Source: an uncultured Bdellovibrionales bacterium
GTDB taxonomy: Bacteria > Patescibacteriota > Minisyncoccia > Moranbacterales > UBA11712
DNA: 64,000 bases
Reading direction: 5' to 3'
NCBI GenBank assembly: GCA_964519445.1
Contig: CAZFIH010000001.1
Span: 2,144 to 66,143 of the forward strand
Position numbers and translations under genes: made by a program. Within the stretch, counting starts at the first letter, position 1; every line of letters begins with the position of its first letter. The notes under the pieces were generated by a model. That model saw nothing but the letters and a program-made list of their open reading frames with translations, made no database searches and was not told where the DNA came from. Below are positions 47,618 through 57,812 of the stretch, piece after piece.

Positions 47618-49162
47618 TTACAAAATACTTTTTAGCTTCATTTCCTTGAGCTTGTCTATTTCCATTATATCACATAATGTCGGAGCGATGTTTCCCAGAA
47701 CTCCCCCGCTTTTCAGCTTTTTCCGAAGCATTTTTTTCGCGCATATGATGAAAGGGACCGGATTCTTTGTGTGAAAAGTCATTGGCCGTCGCGCCTTCTT
47801 GTCCCACACGCAATCGGCGTTTCCGTGGTCAGCCGTTGCAACCAAATCTCCGTCATTTTTTTCGATTTCTTTCCAAATTTTTCCGATGGCTTGATCGACC
47901 GCTTCGCAGGCCATGACAGCCGCTTTCATGTCTCCGGTATGGCCGACCATGTCGGCATTGGCGAAATTAACGGTAATAAAATCGTATTTCGCCTCTTTGA
48001 TTGATTTTAGAATGAATCCGGTAATCTTTCCAGCCGACATTTCTGGTTTTTGGGCGTAGTTGGAGACTTTTGGCGAAGGAATCATCATCCTGTCTTCCCC
48101 GGCAATCGGATCGGCGTAGCCGCCGTTCAAGAAATATGTGACATGGGCGAATTTCTCCGTTTCGGCAATGTAGAGTTGGCGCAAATTGCGAAGCGCCACC
48201 GGAAGTGTTCCATTGAGCGGATGGCTTAAAAAGGCGGTATGAACCGGCAAATCCGGACCGAAGTTTGTCATGGCGACAAAATAAAGATTTTTCAGCCGCG
48301 GCCGGGGAAGACTGGTTTCTTTTGATTTTTGCTGGACAAAAAGCTTTGTGAACTGCCGGGCGCGATCCGAACGCAGGTTGAAAAAAATGACGGCGTCATT
48401 ATCTTTTATTTTGGCGATTGGCTTTCCATTTTCGGTTATGACGCACGGTCCGACATATTCATCAGTGACTTTTCGTTTGTAGCTCTTTTCAAAAACTGTT
48501 TCCGCGTTTTTGAATTTTTTGCCCTTTGCCTTTACCAGCAAGTCATAGGCAGTCTGGAGGCGCTTCCAATTTTTGGCCCGGTCCATGGCGTAGAAACGGC
48601 CGATGACAGTGGCGATTTTTCCTATCCCTATGTCGTAGATGTTCTGTTTCCATTCCCCGATATGTTCCAGGCCCTGTTTTGGGTAGGCGTCGCGTCCATC
48701 GGAAAAAAAATGGATGTAAACGTTTTTTATACCGCTTCGCTTGGCGAGAACAAGAAGGGCTTCGAGATGGTAAGGGTTCATGTGCGGACTGTCTTCGTTT
48801 CCCAAAAGACCCATCAGATGAAGATCAGAATTGTTCTTCCTGACGTGCGATATGGCACCAAGAAAAGCGGGATTGTGAAAAAAAGTTCCCGAGGTGATGC
48901 TTTCCGAGATAAGGCGAGAATCTTGAGTTGCGACGCGACCGGCGCCGATATTCATGTGCCCTGTCTCCGAACCGCTGGTCTGTCGGTTTTCCAGTCCTAC
49001 GTCAGTTCCGGTCGCTTCGAGTCGGGTGCTCGGATATTTCTTAGCCAGATAGTCCACTGCCGGAGTTTTAGCCAGATGTATAGCGTTGGTATCGTCTCTG
49101 GGTCCGATACCCCAGCCGTCGAGGATGGCCAGAATCGTGGGTTTTTTTGAATGATTTTTCAC
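47618..49162 (-). CDS. gpmI: 2,3-bisphosphoglycerate-independent phosphoglycerate mutase
   Basis: ILDGWGIGP N-terminus. The alkaline-phosphatase-like catalytic Ser region and ADHGNADCV are present. 514 aa. Confidence 0.9.
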   Translation of the reverse strand: MKNHSKKPTILAILDGWGIGPRDDTNAIHLAKTPAVDYLAKKYPSTRLEATGTDVGLENRQTSGSETGHMNIGAGRVATQDSRLISESITSGTFFHNPAFLGAISHVRKNNSDLHLMGLLGNEDSPHMNPYHLEALLVLAKRSGIKNVYIHFFSDGRDAYPKQGLEHIGEWKQNIYDIGIGKIATVIGRFYAMDRAKNWKRLQTAYDLLVKAKGKKFKNAETVFEKSYKRKVTDEYVGPCVITENGKPIAKIKDNDAVIFFNLRSDRARQFTKLFVQQKSKETSLPRPRLKNLYFVAMTNFGPDLPVHTAFLSHPLNGTLPVALRNLRQLYIAETEKFAHVTYFLNGGYADPIAGEDRMMIPSPKVSNYAQKPEMSAGKITGFILKSIKEAKYDFITVNFANADMVGHTGDMKAAVMACEAVDQAIGKIWKEIEKNDGDLVATADHGNADCVWDKKARRPMTFHTKNPVPFIICAKKMLRKKLKSGGVLGNIAPTLCDIMEIDKLKEMKLKSIL

Positions 49163-49271
49163 TTATTGTCTTTTGATTATATTTTCCTAATTCCATCCGT
49201 GTTTCCTGTTAGTCAGTATAGCAAAAAGACCCCGAAAACAAAAACGAGTTTTTTTGAATGAAAATGTAGTT

Positions 49272-50024
49272 CTAAATTTCCTCCAGCGTTTTGAGAACAC
49301 TCAATACCTCCGCTTTGGCATCATCATAGGGTATCTCCGGATTATGTTTCTCGTTCACTTCGATTCCGAATTCGACGCTTTCACCCGAATCGGCGGAAAA
49401 CATATAAAATTCATTCCTGTATCCGGCCGACGACGATCCCATGCCAGCGGCCGTGTATTTTTTTCCAAACGCTTCGACTTCAATACTTGGAATTGAGCTC
49501 CATTCGGCGCCGACGCCGGTGCGCATGCAAAACATTTTATCCTCCTCGTCGTGCTTCTTGCCAAGAATGATAATAGTGCCATAGTCGAGATGCACTGATA
49601 CGCAAAACCCGTAGTTGGGATTGTAGTCCAGCTCATGTCCGTACGTTCCGGCTTGGGCGACTTGAGCGCTCGGAGGATAGCTGATTTTATAGCCCTGATT
49701 TTCATTGACAAAAGTTTTCCAGTCGGAAGTCTCGGCCTCATTTCGAGAGATTCTGTTATTTTCTTCCGCCGTCGAGTTTTCCGGGTAAAGATTTTGCGGA
49801 ACCGTCTTTTCTGTGCCTGTGTTTTGGCTGATTTTTGCCGGCATTTGAATCTTGGCCGGTACCGTCTCCAAAAGCAAGCGGTTGGTTTCTTTGTATGTCT
49901 TGCCTGCCAGAAAAATACCGGCTAAAAGCAATATAGTTGCCGCACCGGCAATTACCCAAATTATTTTTTGTTTTATTCCGTTTGTCATTTCATCGATATT
50001 ATTAGTTAAATTATTATATTTCAC
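49272..50024 (-). CDS. membrane-anchored secreted protein (hypothetical)
   Basis: ORF with an N-terminal TM. Confidence 0.4.
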   Translation of the reverse strand: MKYNNLTNNIDEMTNGIKQKIIWVIAGAATILLLAGIFLAGKTYKETNRLLLETVPAKIQMPAKISQNTGTEKTVPQNLYPENSTAEENNRISRNEAETSDWKTFVNENQGYKISYPPSAQVAQAGTYGHELDYNPNYGFCVSVHLDYGTIIILGKKHDEEDKMFCMRTGVGAEWSSIPSIEVEAFGKKYTAAGMGSSSAGYRNEFYMFSADSGESVEFGIEVNEKHNPEIPYDDAKAEVLSVLKTLEEI

Positions 50025-50075
50025 TCATTATTTATCATTCTAATGCTAAGTAAAGAATTGAAAGAAGCCAGCCAT

Positions 50076-50651
50076 CTATACCTCAATCCCGAAAAACTTC
50101 AAAAAATTCTTGTAGAAATAGTAGAGAGCTACGATCAGAAAGATGGCAAAAATAAACCGATATATTATTTTCATTTTTTTGTATTTTTTGCGCTGATGAT
50201 GGAAAATCAGGTCCAAAAGTTCGTCGCCAAAGTAAAGTCCTAAAAATGTGCCGATTCCCGAAATAACAATCACAATCCAGTTCGGCCAGGGGTTCACCAA
50301 AATCATTTTGAAAGCGTGAGTCACAATTGTTCGGTCATAGATTTCCGGACGCAAATTGATGTAAAAAATATTTGCCAGGATTGCCGCAATCCAGACAAAA
50401 ATTTCGGTGTATATCATTCTTATTCCCGTAAGGAGGCGGATTGGAAAGTCCAATATAAGGCCGCCATCCGGCAGGGGCGTGGCGAGGACGAAAGCGCTCC
50501 AGGTAATGATCCCAAGAGAAAATCCGTTAGCTCCCTGGTCCCAGACGAGATAAGCGGTATAAAAAAGCAATATCGTTACGGCGACGACAAATCGCTTGAG
50601 TTGGTGTTTTTTTGTCTCGTGGCTGAGAAGGTGTTTTGATTTTATGTGCAT
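50076..50651 (-). CDS. polytopic membrane protein (hypothetical)
   Basis: ORF and hydropathy only. Confidence 0.4.
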   Translation of the reverse strand: MHIKSKHLLSHETKKHQLKRFVVAVTILLFYTAYLVWDQGANGFSLGIITWSAFVLATPLPDGGLILDFPIRLLTGIRMIYTEIFVWIAAILANIFYINLRPEIYDRTIVTHAFKMILVNPWPNWIVIVISGIGTFLGLYFGDELLDLIFHHQRKKYKKMKIIYRFIFAIFLIVALYYFYKNFLKFFGIEV

Positions 50652-50668
50652 CGGGTGATTATTTTGTT

Positions 50669-51100
50669 TTATTTTTTTCTGCTTCGTCGCTTTCTGGCGA
50701 AAAACTTTTCCGGGTCAATAAAATTTCCGAAATCTTTGATTTGCACCTTTTTGCGGCTTATGTCGAGATGAAAATGCGGGCCTCTGGTCAGTTTGCCCGT
50801 GTTTCCGGTATATCCTAAAATGGCGCCCCGTCGATACCTTCCAATTCTAGAATATTTTTTTAGATGCATGAAGCGAAGGATGACTATTCCGTATCGCTTA
50901 TCGGATAATTTTACGTGAATTGTTTTTCCTCCTTCGGGAAAATTTCCGGTTTTCACGACTTCGCAATCTGCCGGTGCATAGACCGGTGTTCCTTCGGGAA
51001 CCAGGAAATCCGTCCCCAAATGCCGGCGGGAATAGAAAGTTTTCTCGCCGAATCTGTATCCCCTCTTTATCCGCGGCCAGTTTTTCAAGGGATATCGCAT
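50669..51100 (-). CDS. M23 family metallopeptidase (LytM domain)
   Basis: HLGTDF and GPHFHLD motifs (HxxxD...HxH). Confidence 0.75.
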   Translation of the reverse strand: MRYPLKNWPRIKRGYRFGEKTFYSRRHLGTDFLVPEGTPVYAPADCEVVKTGNFPEGGKTIHVKLSDKRYGIVILRFMHLKKYSRIGRYRRGAILGYTGNTGKLTRGPHFHLDISRKKVQIKDFGNFIDPEKFFARKRRSRKK

Positions 51101-51111
51101 TCAGTAATCTT

Positions 51112-51456
51112 TTAAGGTTTATACCTTACTATTGCGAACCACGCCAGTGAAAATATCATTCCCGCGATGCATAAAATGTTGAGCGCAAGAAGCCAAGAGG
51201 GAATCCAGTACGCGCCCGTTTTGATTTCAATAAAGTCAGTAATGCCGAAGATAATCAGGGTCATAAAAGCAAAAATTGTCAGCTTTTTATGCTTTTTGGG
51301 CACAGAATTGGAAAGAGACAGCGCGAAAAGCCCTAAGACAATCCAGTTTATACCCTCGATCAGATTGAATGTTCTGAAATCCAGATTGGAAAAAACTAGC
51401 AATGCCGAAAGACCGAAGTAGGCAACTATCAAAATAATGGATATGAAAAAGTGCAT
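51112..51456 (-). CDS. small polytopic membrane protein (hypothetical)
   Basis: Hydropathy only. Confidence 0.35.
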   Translation of the reverse strand: MHFFISIILIVAYFGLSALLVFSNLDFRTFNLIEGINWIVLGLFALSLSNSVPKKHKKLTIFAFMTLIIFGITDFIEIKTGAYWIPSWLLALNILCIAGMIFSLAWFAIVRYKP

Positions 51457-51516
51457 GGGAAAATATTTTATTGTTTTCAGACCGCAAAAACGTGAGTTTT
51501 CAAGGCACTGATCCGG

Positions 51517-51882
51517 CTAATTTTCATTTCCCTGCTCGAGTTCCGAACATTCCTCTTCCCAAATACGGAGGCATTTGCTTTTTGATTCGCACCAGCTGTA
51601 GCCGGCTCCAGTGAGGCATCCGTGCTCGTCCTTCTGCCCGTCAATGATCCGATTATCGGCATCATTCCCGTCGACTGGAATTCTGTTATTTTCGGGAGGC
51701 GCGACGCCTTCTTTTTCAAGCGGCGGACTGCTTTTTTCTTCCTTCGGCGAAACATCTCCTTCTTGCCGCGCTAAGAAAAATATCGTAAAAGCAAAAAGAA
51801 CGATTGCCGTGGCTGCCAATATGATTCCTATTGTCTTGCTCATAATTCGATGATTTTCTTGTTCAACAAGCTCCTTTATCAT
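51517..51882 (-). CDS. small secreted Cys-containing protein (hypothetical; probable start at 51843)
   Basis: Signal anchor MSKTIGIILAATAIVLFAF. Confidence 0.35.
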   Translation of the reverse strand: MIKELVEQENHRIMSKTIGIILAATAIVLFAFTIFFLARQEGDVSPKEEKSSPPLEKEGVAPPENNRIPVDGNDADNRIIDGQKDEHGCLTGAGYSWCESKSKCLRIWEEECSELEQGNEN

Positions 51883-51965
51883 TGTATTATATATTCATTT
51901 CAAAACAAAAACCAGCCGGAAACGAAAAGCGGTCCGGTCGAAACGACCGAACCGCGCATAGTTCC

Positions 51966-52373
51966 TTAAAATTGACGATGAGCCCATTTCTTTGTCTTGA
52001 GAAGAATTAGATACTTCAGATATCCCCCTTCGTGGGGCAGGGGGAAAATGCTCCGATCAAGGCAAGTATCGCTGGAAAGAGGATACCTTATTTTAAAATC
52101 AACGATTTTGTTCACCAATTCAGCGACAACAAGAATCTTGTCATCTAAGTCTTTCAAATTTACAACAGGTTCCCAGCCTTCGTGTATGAGAGCCTCTTCC
52201 ATTTCGCCCACGATTTTTTTGTGTTTCTGTGAGTATAAGATCTGAACAGCGTCAGGACCTTTCATCATTGTAATGATGTACGGCGAATAATGCTCCGCGA
52301 AGGCCGCTGCTGCATTTTGGGAAAAGGTTGTTACAAGAAGACAGAGCATCGCAATGGAGATAATCTTTTTCAT
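51966..52373 (-). CDS. secreted protein (hypothetical)
   Basis: SD AAGGAG upstream; signal peptide MKKIISIAMLCLLVTTFSQNAAA. Confidence 0.5.
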   Translation of the reverse strand: MKKIISIAMLCLLVTTFSQNAAAAFAEHYSPYIITMMKGPDAVQILYSQKHKKIVGEMEEALIHEGWEPVVNLKDLDDKILVVAELVNKIVDFKIRYPLSSDTCLDRSIFPLPHEGGYLKYLILLKTKKWAHRQF

Positions 52374-52385
52374 AGTTCCGGCTCC

Positions 52386-52799
52386 TTATCCCGCGCAGGA
52401 ATATACGAACTTCCTTTTGTAGATGAAATAATAGGCTCGTTGCCCGTCTTTCAGGTAGGCGGTGACCAGTAGCATGCCTGTGCGCGAACGGCAGAAAACA
52501 TATCCTTCTGTAATCCGAATCTTTCCCGGATTGAGAAGATCAAAGATCCAGCCATCGAGATACAGGCGCCCGTTGCAATCAAGCCAGACTTTGTTTTCAT
52601 CCATGGCTTGGGCGGTGTTGTTCAAAAAAACGAAGGTCACGCCTTTGATGTCTCCCATGGAAAAATAATCCGGATGATCGATAGCAGGAACAAATTTCCC
52701 GGTTCGGGAATCTTCGATCAAAAATTCTGCCCATGAAAAAGTTGTCAGAGTATTGATTGTCAAAAGAACAAGTGCGGCCAAAAAAAACATTTTTTTCAT
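52386..52799 (-). CDS. secreted protein (hypothetical; start at MKKMFF)
   Basis: SD GGAGGGAAGGAG upstream; signal peptide. Confidence 0.5.
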   Translation of the reverse strand: MKKMFFLAALVLLTINTLTTFSWAEFLIEDSRTGKFVPAIDHPDYFSMGDIKGVTFVFLNNTAQAMDENKVWLDCNGRLYLDGWIFDLLNPGKIRITEGYVFCRSRTGMLLVTAYLKDGQRAYYFIYKRKFVYSCAG

Positions 52800-52880
52800 G
52801 GCTCCTTCCCTCCTTGCTATTTTTTCGTTTCCAAAAAGCCTAGCAGTTTGCTGTCGGACAGTCAAGAAAACCGCAGAAGT

Positions 52881-53528
52881 CTATATTTTGAGCGCTTTTT
52901 CCTTCAGTTTCAAAGCTTCGTCGGAAAGAAGCATGAGCTGAACCTTGTCCCTTGAAGAGATTTTGACAAGATTGGCCATGGCCTTCTCGACGATTCCAAA
53001 GCATTCCTTGAGAACGTATTGGGTATAGTCAAAATCGAAATCGCCGTAATCATCGCCTTTTTCCATGTGCCAGCGATTTGTAAGCTGGCGGTATGTCTTG
53101 GCGCAGATTGTGTTCGCATACCAGAAAAGATCTTCAGCATCTTCGGTGAGCATCCAGGAGGCAGTTTCCTGATTTTTCGTGAGTGAATATAATGAATCCC
53201 TCCATTGCATCACTTCCCCATGAAAAGGAAATTCTTCCGGCTCGGGAGGCAACTGAATGTCATCAATGTTTTCGATTTCAAAACCGTGCTTTGCGGCATC
53301 CTGCTTGATGAGTGCCAGAGTTTCCTTGAGCGTGTCTCCAACTTCTTCAAGCGCGTATTTCAAGTCATCAGGGTCTTCACCCTGATCAATATGCTTTTGC
53401 CGATTCGCTTTTATTTTGCCGCAAATGGGACACGAATCTTTTCCGCAGGATTTTCTCCGCCAAGAGCAGTTAATCCACTCGGGCATGGAAAAATCTTTTT
53501 CCTTTTTCGATTTCCTTTTCTTCGGCAT
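52881..53528 (-). CDS. hypothetical protein with N-terminal Cys4 zinc-ribbon-like motif
   Basis: CSWRRKSCGKDSCPICG motif. Confidence 0.4.
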   Translation of the reverse strand: MPKKRKSKKEKDFSMPEWINCSWRRKSCGKDSCPICGKIKANRQKHIDQGEDPDDLKYALEEVGDTLKETLALIKQDAAKHGFEIENIDDIQLPPEPEEFPFHGEVMQWRDSLYSLTKNQETASWMLTEDAEDLFWYANTICAKTYRQLTNRWHMEKGDDYGDFDFDYTQYVLKECFGIVEKAMANLVKISSRDKVQLMLLSDEALKLKEKALKI

Positions 53529-53566
53529 AGCGATTTTTTTTGCGGAAAATTGATAAGTGTCAAAAA

Positions 53567-54364
53567 TTATTTCCCTATCAATCGGGCAAAAGTAGGCGAA
53601 AAATAATCGCCAAGTTCAGAAAAAGGAATTTCGATCGTTTGCGGTCCGGAAGCGGCCGGCGCAACGCTGTATGGGGCGGGAAATATTATCATCGAGTCGT
53701 CAGTCAAAGCAAAATCGGAAAAATTTTCCGCTTTCGGGGCAAGCGCCCGGGAAAGCATATCATCGTCGAACAAAGAATCTTTTGGCGCTTCGGCTTTGAG
53801 ATTTTGGATGGCCAGTTTCGAAAGCGGCACCAAATAATCCTTGCTCGTGTCGAACACATCAGTGAGCGCAATTTTTTGTCCGTTGGTGAGATCATAGCTC
53901 AATCCGTGAATTTCATTCGCGGGATGAGCCGATCCTTCGATAAAAGCAGAGTTCGCGAATTTGAAGCTGGCGATATTCTGGGTCAAGCCCTGCACCGCGC
54001 AGGAAACGTCAAGCGTGCTTTTGACTCCTTCTACGGGGTAACTATTATCCTGGACGCTCTTTTTGAAATCCGCGACAAGATTCTCGGCGTAACTTTTAAG
54101 TTCGCTGTTTACTGTTGTTTGGACCGAGCTATTCGTTGTGCCGGAGAGCACGGGATAACTGACGTTAATCGTCATTTTGTCGGTCGATTCCTGGATTTTC
54201 TGCTCCTTTTGGGTCGGGATTGCTGCCGCCGACTGCGTTGGAGTCGTCTGTTTCTGGCTTTGGTTATTTTGCTGCTCGGACGCGGGCTTTTTCCGATAAC
54301 CAGCGTAGACCAAGATACCGACAATCACAAAAGCCAGAATTATCAGCAATGTTTTTTTGGACAT
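53567..54364 (-). CDS. DUF3298/DUF4163 (RsiV-like) domain protein, membrane anchored
   Basis: N-terminal TM; C-terminal IIFPAPYSVAPAASGPQTIEIPFSEL. Confidence 0.5.
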   Translation of the reverse strand: MSKKTLLIILAFVIVGILVYAGYRKKPASEQQNNQSQKQTTPTQSAAAIPTQKEQKIQESTDKMTINVSYPVLSGTTNSSVQTTVNSELKSYAENLVADFKKSVQDNSYPVEGVKSTLDVSCAVQGLTQNIASFKFANSAFIEGSAHPANEIHGLSYDLTNGQKIALTDVFDTSKDYLVPLSKLAIQNLKAEAPKDSLFDDDMLSRALAPKAENFSDFALTDDSMIIFPAPYSVAPAASGPQTIEIPFSELGDYFSPTFARLIGK

Positions 54365-54407
54365 ATTTTTATAAGTTATGAGTTAACTTTTTAAATCTAG
54401 TAACGTG

Positions 54408-54803
54408 TCACCAGTTCAGGAAAGTTATCGTGAGCTGGAGTACTGTCGCGAACGCTATCCACAGAAGATAAGGGATGTTTGCATACGCGACCCAGCGCAT
54501 GCGCGGCCAAGCTGACGCCATAGCCCAAACAAGAGTCGCGAGAACGAGGATAACATCCACCGCCGCCAGCAGATTATTCCGGAGACCGAACTGGATCGGC
54601 GAGAAAGCGAAATTAAAAACGAGATTCAGCGCGAAAGGCAAAGCGACCAGCGAAGGCAGCTTCTTCCGGTACGCTTTCCAAAAAACAGCAAGGAAAGTGA
54701 CGGCAATAATCGCATAAAGCACCGTCCAAACAGGGCCGAACACCCAGGCCGGAGGAGCCCAAAAAGGCTTTGCGAGAGTTTGATACCAGTCAAAGGCTTC
54801 CAT
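54408..54803 (-). CDS. TspO/MBR family tryptophan-rich sensory protein
   Basis: WYQTLAKPFWAPPAWVFGPVWTVLY motif with five TM helices. A paralog sits at 62535..62942. Confidence 0.8.
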   Translation of the reverse strand: MEAFDWYQTLAKPFWAPPAWVFGPVWTVLYAIIAVTFLAVFWKAYRKKLPSLVALPFALNLVFNFAFSPIQFGLRNNLLAAVDVILVLATLVWAMASAWPRMRWVAYANIPYLLWIAFATVLQLTITFLNW

Positions 54804-54825
54804 TTTTTTATGTTATTTTTATGGA

Positions 54826-55341
54826 TTATATTTTTCGACTGTCGTAGGCCCAGTGGAGAATTGCCTGGCGCTGTTTCGGGCGGCACTTGAGATCACCGCG
54901 AGGGCAATTTTTTCTCACCTGGACGATGTGTCTCTTGATCGCTTTCCATCTCTTGATCTGCCGCAGGTCGTCAGTCGAGCGTCGGCCCATGTAATATCTG
55001 CAATACCACTGAAACCACCCGCGCGGATCATCTTTCCAAATCCAGCCTTTCTTGCGCCAGACGGAAAGCGGCTGGGAGGCATCGATACCGAAATAATTCA
55101 AATGGGGGTTATGTCCCGGAACACCTTCGGGATGGAATTTGGCTTTCCGGAACCAGCTGGAGGGAAATTCCCTGCGGCAATCGCGCATATACCGCCCGCC
55201 GAAGACCCCCAGGGCGAGCATCTCGGCGGGAGTAAGTTCCGGCTTGAATTCAGGCGCGAAATTTTCCCCCATCGGCTCTGTGAGCTCATAGCGGTAGTTT
55301 TTCTGCATCCTGTCTTTTACGAGAACGGTTTTCTTTTTCAT
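54826..55341 (-). CDS. conserved hypothetical protein (Trp/Arg-rich), higher GC
   Basis: Intact ORF with no confident family. Confidence 0.4.
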   Translation of the reverse strand: MKKKTVLVKDRMQKNYRYELTEPMGENFAPEFKPELTPAEMLALGVFGGRYMRDCRREFPSSWFRKAKFHPEGVPGHNPHLNYFGIDASQPLSVWRKKGWIWKDDPRGWFQWYCRYYMGRRSTDDLRQIKRWKAIKRHIVQVRKNCPRGDLKCRPKQRQAILHWAYDSRKI

Positions 55342-55449
55342 TTCTTTTATTATATATCATATGCCTCTCCAAACAAAAACCAGCCCGGGCGGGGCTGGCG
55401 ATTTTTTCTCGGAGTACAAAAGATAATCCTAAATACGTTCGATTCCACG

Positions 55450-56133
55450 CTAAACATCCATAGAATTGTATTCCTTTTCCATTTCTATTAGATTTTTCTT
55501 TTTCTGCGTTTCTCTCAGGACTCTAGCTGACGCGGTTTTCCATTCGTGGTTTTTTAAAAGTTCAATCGCGAATTTGATGAATCCCTTTCTTTTTTCCGGA
55601 TCAGTCAGATCGATTCCGAGTTCTTCCATCAATTTTGCCCTTTTTTCGAAAAAATCATCCCTGCCAAAATTGCTTACATCGGCATCCAAAACGTATCCAA
55701 ATTTGCTTTTTCCTTTGAGAAGATGGGGACCATTTTCTCGCATCACCATTTGAGTATCAAGAATATTGGAAATAATTTCCTGCTGTTCTTTTTCGGAGAA
55801 GGCATGATATGCTTTGCTTTTTCGAAAAAGTTCGACGGCTACAGGTTCATTGTTTTCAGGTTTTTCTACGTATCCGGTGTCATGCCAAGCGGCTGCAATT
55901 GCCTGCTGGCGGATAACCGACTGTTCAGCCCCGTCAGTCAAAGCGAAAAGAATTGTTTCCCTAATTACGTCGAAAGTATGATCTTTCGTATGGTATTTCA
56001 AATTTCTTGGCAATTTGTCCAATATCTCCAAAGCTTCGGCTACTTCCGGAAGATTGATCATCTCGGCGTACATATCTTCTGCTTTGACCTCTAAGTCCTC
56101 CGTTGACAATTTTTTTTTCTCAAGTTTTTCCAT
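55450..56133 (-). CDS. HD-domain phosphohydrolase
   Basis: Motifs H..HD (YHTKDHTFDV) and AAAWHDTGY. Confidence 0.55.
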   Translation of the reverse strand: MEKLEKKKLSTEDLEVKAEDMYAEMINLPEVAEALEILDKLPRNLKYHTKDHTFDVIRETILFALTDGAEQSVIRQQAIAAAWHDTGYVEKPENNEPVAVELFRKSKAYHAFSEKEQQEIISNILDTQMVMRENGPHLLKGKSKFGYVLDADVSNFGRDDFFEKRAKLMEELGIDLTDPEKRKGFIKFAIELLKNHEWKTASARVLRETQKKKNLIEMEKEYNSMDV

Positions 56134-56258
56134 AGATGTTTCCTGCAGTTGGAAGCTATGGCGGGAGCTTAGCCCCGGCAGGGGCGGGTTATAGCTTTAT
56201 TATACAAGTTTCAGATACGAAAAACCAGCCAGTATGGGTTAATGCAATTAGAAGCGAA

Positions 56259-56287
56259 ATAGAAAACCGGATCCGTATGCGGATCCG
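56259..56287 (-). terminator. intrinsic terminator (CCGGATCCG TAT CGGATCCGG)
   Basis: 9-bp palindrome followed, on the minus strand, by TTTTCTATTT. Confidence 0.45.
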
Positions 56288-56302
56288 GCAGCTTGTCGAA
56301 GC

Positions 56303-56611
56303 TTAGTGCGAGTGTAGGTTGACGTTGCTGATTGCCCATTCGGCATCTCCCTCCGGATCAAAAATAACGAGATCATGGTCTGGTTTGGGTTGTCGGATCC
56401 TCCCATCCCAAAGCACAAATTTCATTCGTTCTGCAGCGGGGTCATAAAGCCTGACGCAACATACCATGCAATCGTTGCCGAAAAATGCATAGATTTTCGT
56501 CACGTCGTGGTACACCGTCTCGTATCCAATACCTTTTAGCATATCAAGGACTTCTCTTACGGTTTTACCTCTTAGATCGAGCGGCTCATCCGGAATGATT
56601 AATGCGGCCAT
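56303..56611 (-). CDS. hypothetical protein (102 aa), higher GC
   Basis: ORF only. Confidence 0.4.
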   Translation of the reverse strand: MAALIIPDEPLDLRGKTVREVLDMLKGIGYETVYHDVTKIYAFFGNDCMVCCVRLYDPAAERMKFVLWDGRIRQPKPDHDLVIFDPEGDAEWAISNVNLHSH

Positions 56612-56740
56612 GGTCCATACCTCCTGGTATTCATTTTTTATAGCGTATCAGTCTGTTTTGTTTAGGTCAATCCTTTTCGATTCTATTCTAATTAGTGTAG
56701 TGGGTTGGAATGGATAATGATTGGAATATTTTCTAACGTA

Positions 56741-56905
56741 GAGTGGCACGTACCACTTCCCCGCCGCGGGTAGGGATAGCAGAATTTTTTCACAGAATGT
56801 CATACTTACATTCTCAAGTATGTAAGGATGTCGTGTTGTGTGCTGGGTTTGTGATACTCCCCCGCCGCGGGCGGGGAATACGGAATTATTTTTTCCTAAA
56901 GTTCT
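56741..56905. repeat. family-1 mosaic repeat, copy C (two GC-hairpin modules, one degenerate)
   Basis: CACGTACC; CCCCGCCGCGGGTAGGG; AGAATGT...ACATTCT; GTCGTGTTGTGTGCTGGGTTTGTGATACT; CCCCCGCCGCGGGCGGGGAATACGGAATTATTTTTT. Confidence 0.65.
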
Positions 56906-56925
56906 ATTTTTGGAGCAACTAGTTA

Positions 56926-57630
56926 TTATTTCTTTGTAACTCTGACAAAACCGACGTATTTCATTTCATCCGGCAGATCAAGCCGTTTGTTGCTGGGAGA
57001 ACGAGGATATCCAATTTCCGATTCAACCACATTTTTTTCTTCAAGTTGCTTGACTGTAGTCCAAAAATAGTCGCTAAATTCTTGTTGAACATCATCATTT
57101 TCATTGGTCAAAATATCTTTTGATCCCGGAGATGAAACAGGATAAACAAGCAATTGACCTCCCGGTTTCAAAACGCGGACAGCTTCGAGAATATTTTTTT
57201 TCAAACTCACTTTGTTTTCTGTGTGGTGATAGGCTGAATAGACGGATGTTATTAGGTCAAAACTGCCGTCTTTAAAAGGTAATTCTTCGCCGATAGCGGC
57301 CACCGCTGCCGGAAGATCCTTTTCCTTCCCGGTAAGAAATCGCTTTATTCTTTGCCACACCTTTTCCTGAAAGAATTTTTGCCTTCCCCTTTCCAAAAGA
57401 TACATAGGGTCAAGGGCCGTGACATTAACGCCGTAGTTTTTTGCATCTTTGGCAAAATAAGCAGAACCGGCCCCAACATCCAAAATTTTCTTATCCTTAA
57501 GATCATCGACTTTTAGATCGAAATAAGCAAGATAGAGGACAAGATCCCGATTTATTTCATTTGTTTCAAATTTTTCCGCCAACCTTTTCAAATTAGTTGT
57601 TTCGGAAGAATTTTCTTGTTCAATCGACAT
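56926..57630 (-). CDS. class I SAM-dependent methyltransferase
   Basis: Motif I ILDVGAGSAYFA and post-I VLKPGGQLLV. Confidence 0.8.
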   Translation of the reverse strand: MSIEQENSSETTNLKRLAEKFETNEINRDLVLYLAYFDLKVDDLKDKKILDVGAGSAYFAKDAKNYGVNVTALDPMYLLERGRQKFFQEKVWQRIKRFLTGKEKDLPAAVAAIGEELPFKDGSFDLITSVYSAYHHTENKVSLKKNILEAVRVLKPGGQLLVYPVSSPGSKDILTNENDDVQQEFSDYFWTTVKQLEEKNVVESEIGYPRSPSNKRLDLPDEMKYVGFVRVTKK

Positions 57631-57659
57631 GATTCAAATATATAAGACAATAGTTTTTT

Positions 57660-57806
57660 GTCACGTACCTTACCTGCCCGCCTTTGGCTGCGGTACGTAT
57701 CCGGTTACTTATAATTTGCCCGCCGCGGGCGGGAATCACGGAATTATTTTGCAAATAACATTCTCACATTCTCCCCCCAGAGGCGGGCAGGCAAGAATGC
57801 TGGAGG
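57660..57806. repeat. family-1 mosaic repeat, copy D
   Basis: ACGTACC...GGTACGT hairpin, GCCCGCCGCGGGCGGGAATCACGGAATTATTTTG, then a 45-nt near-identical copy of the 1409-1456 module. Confidence 0.65.
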
Positions 57807-57812
57807 GTTATT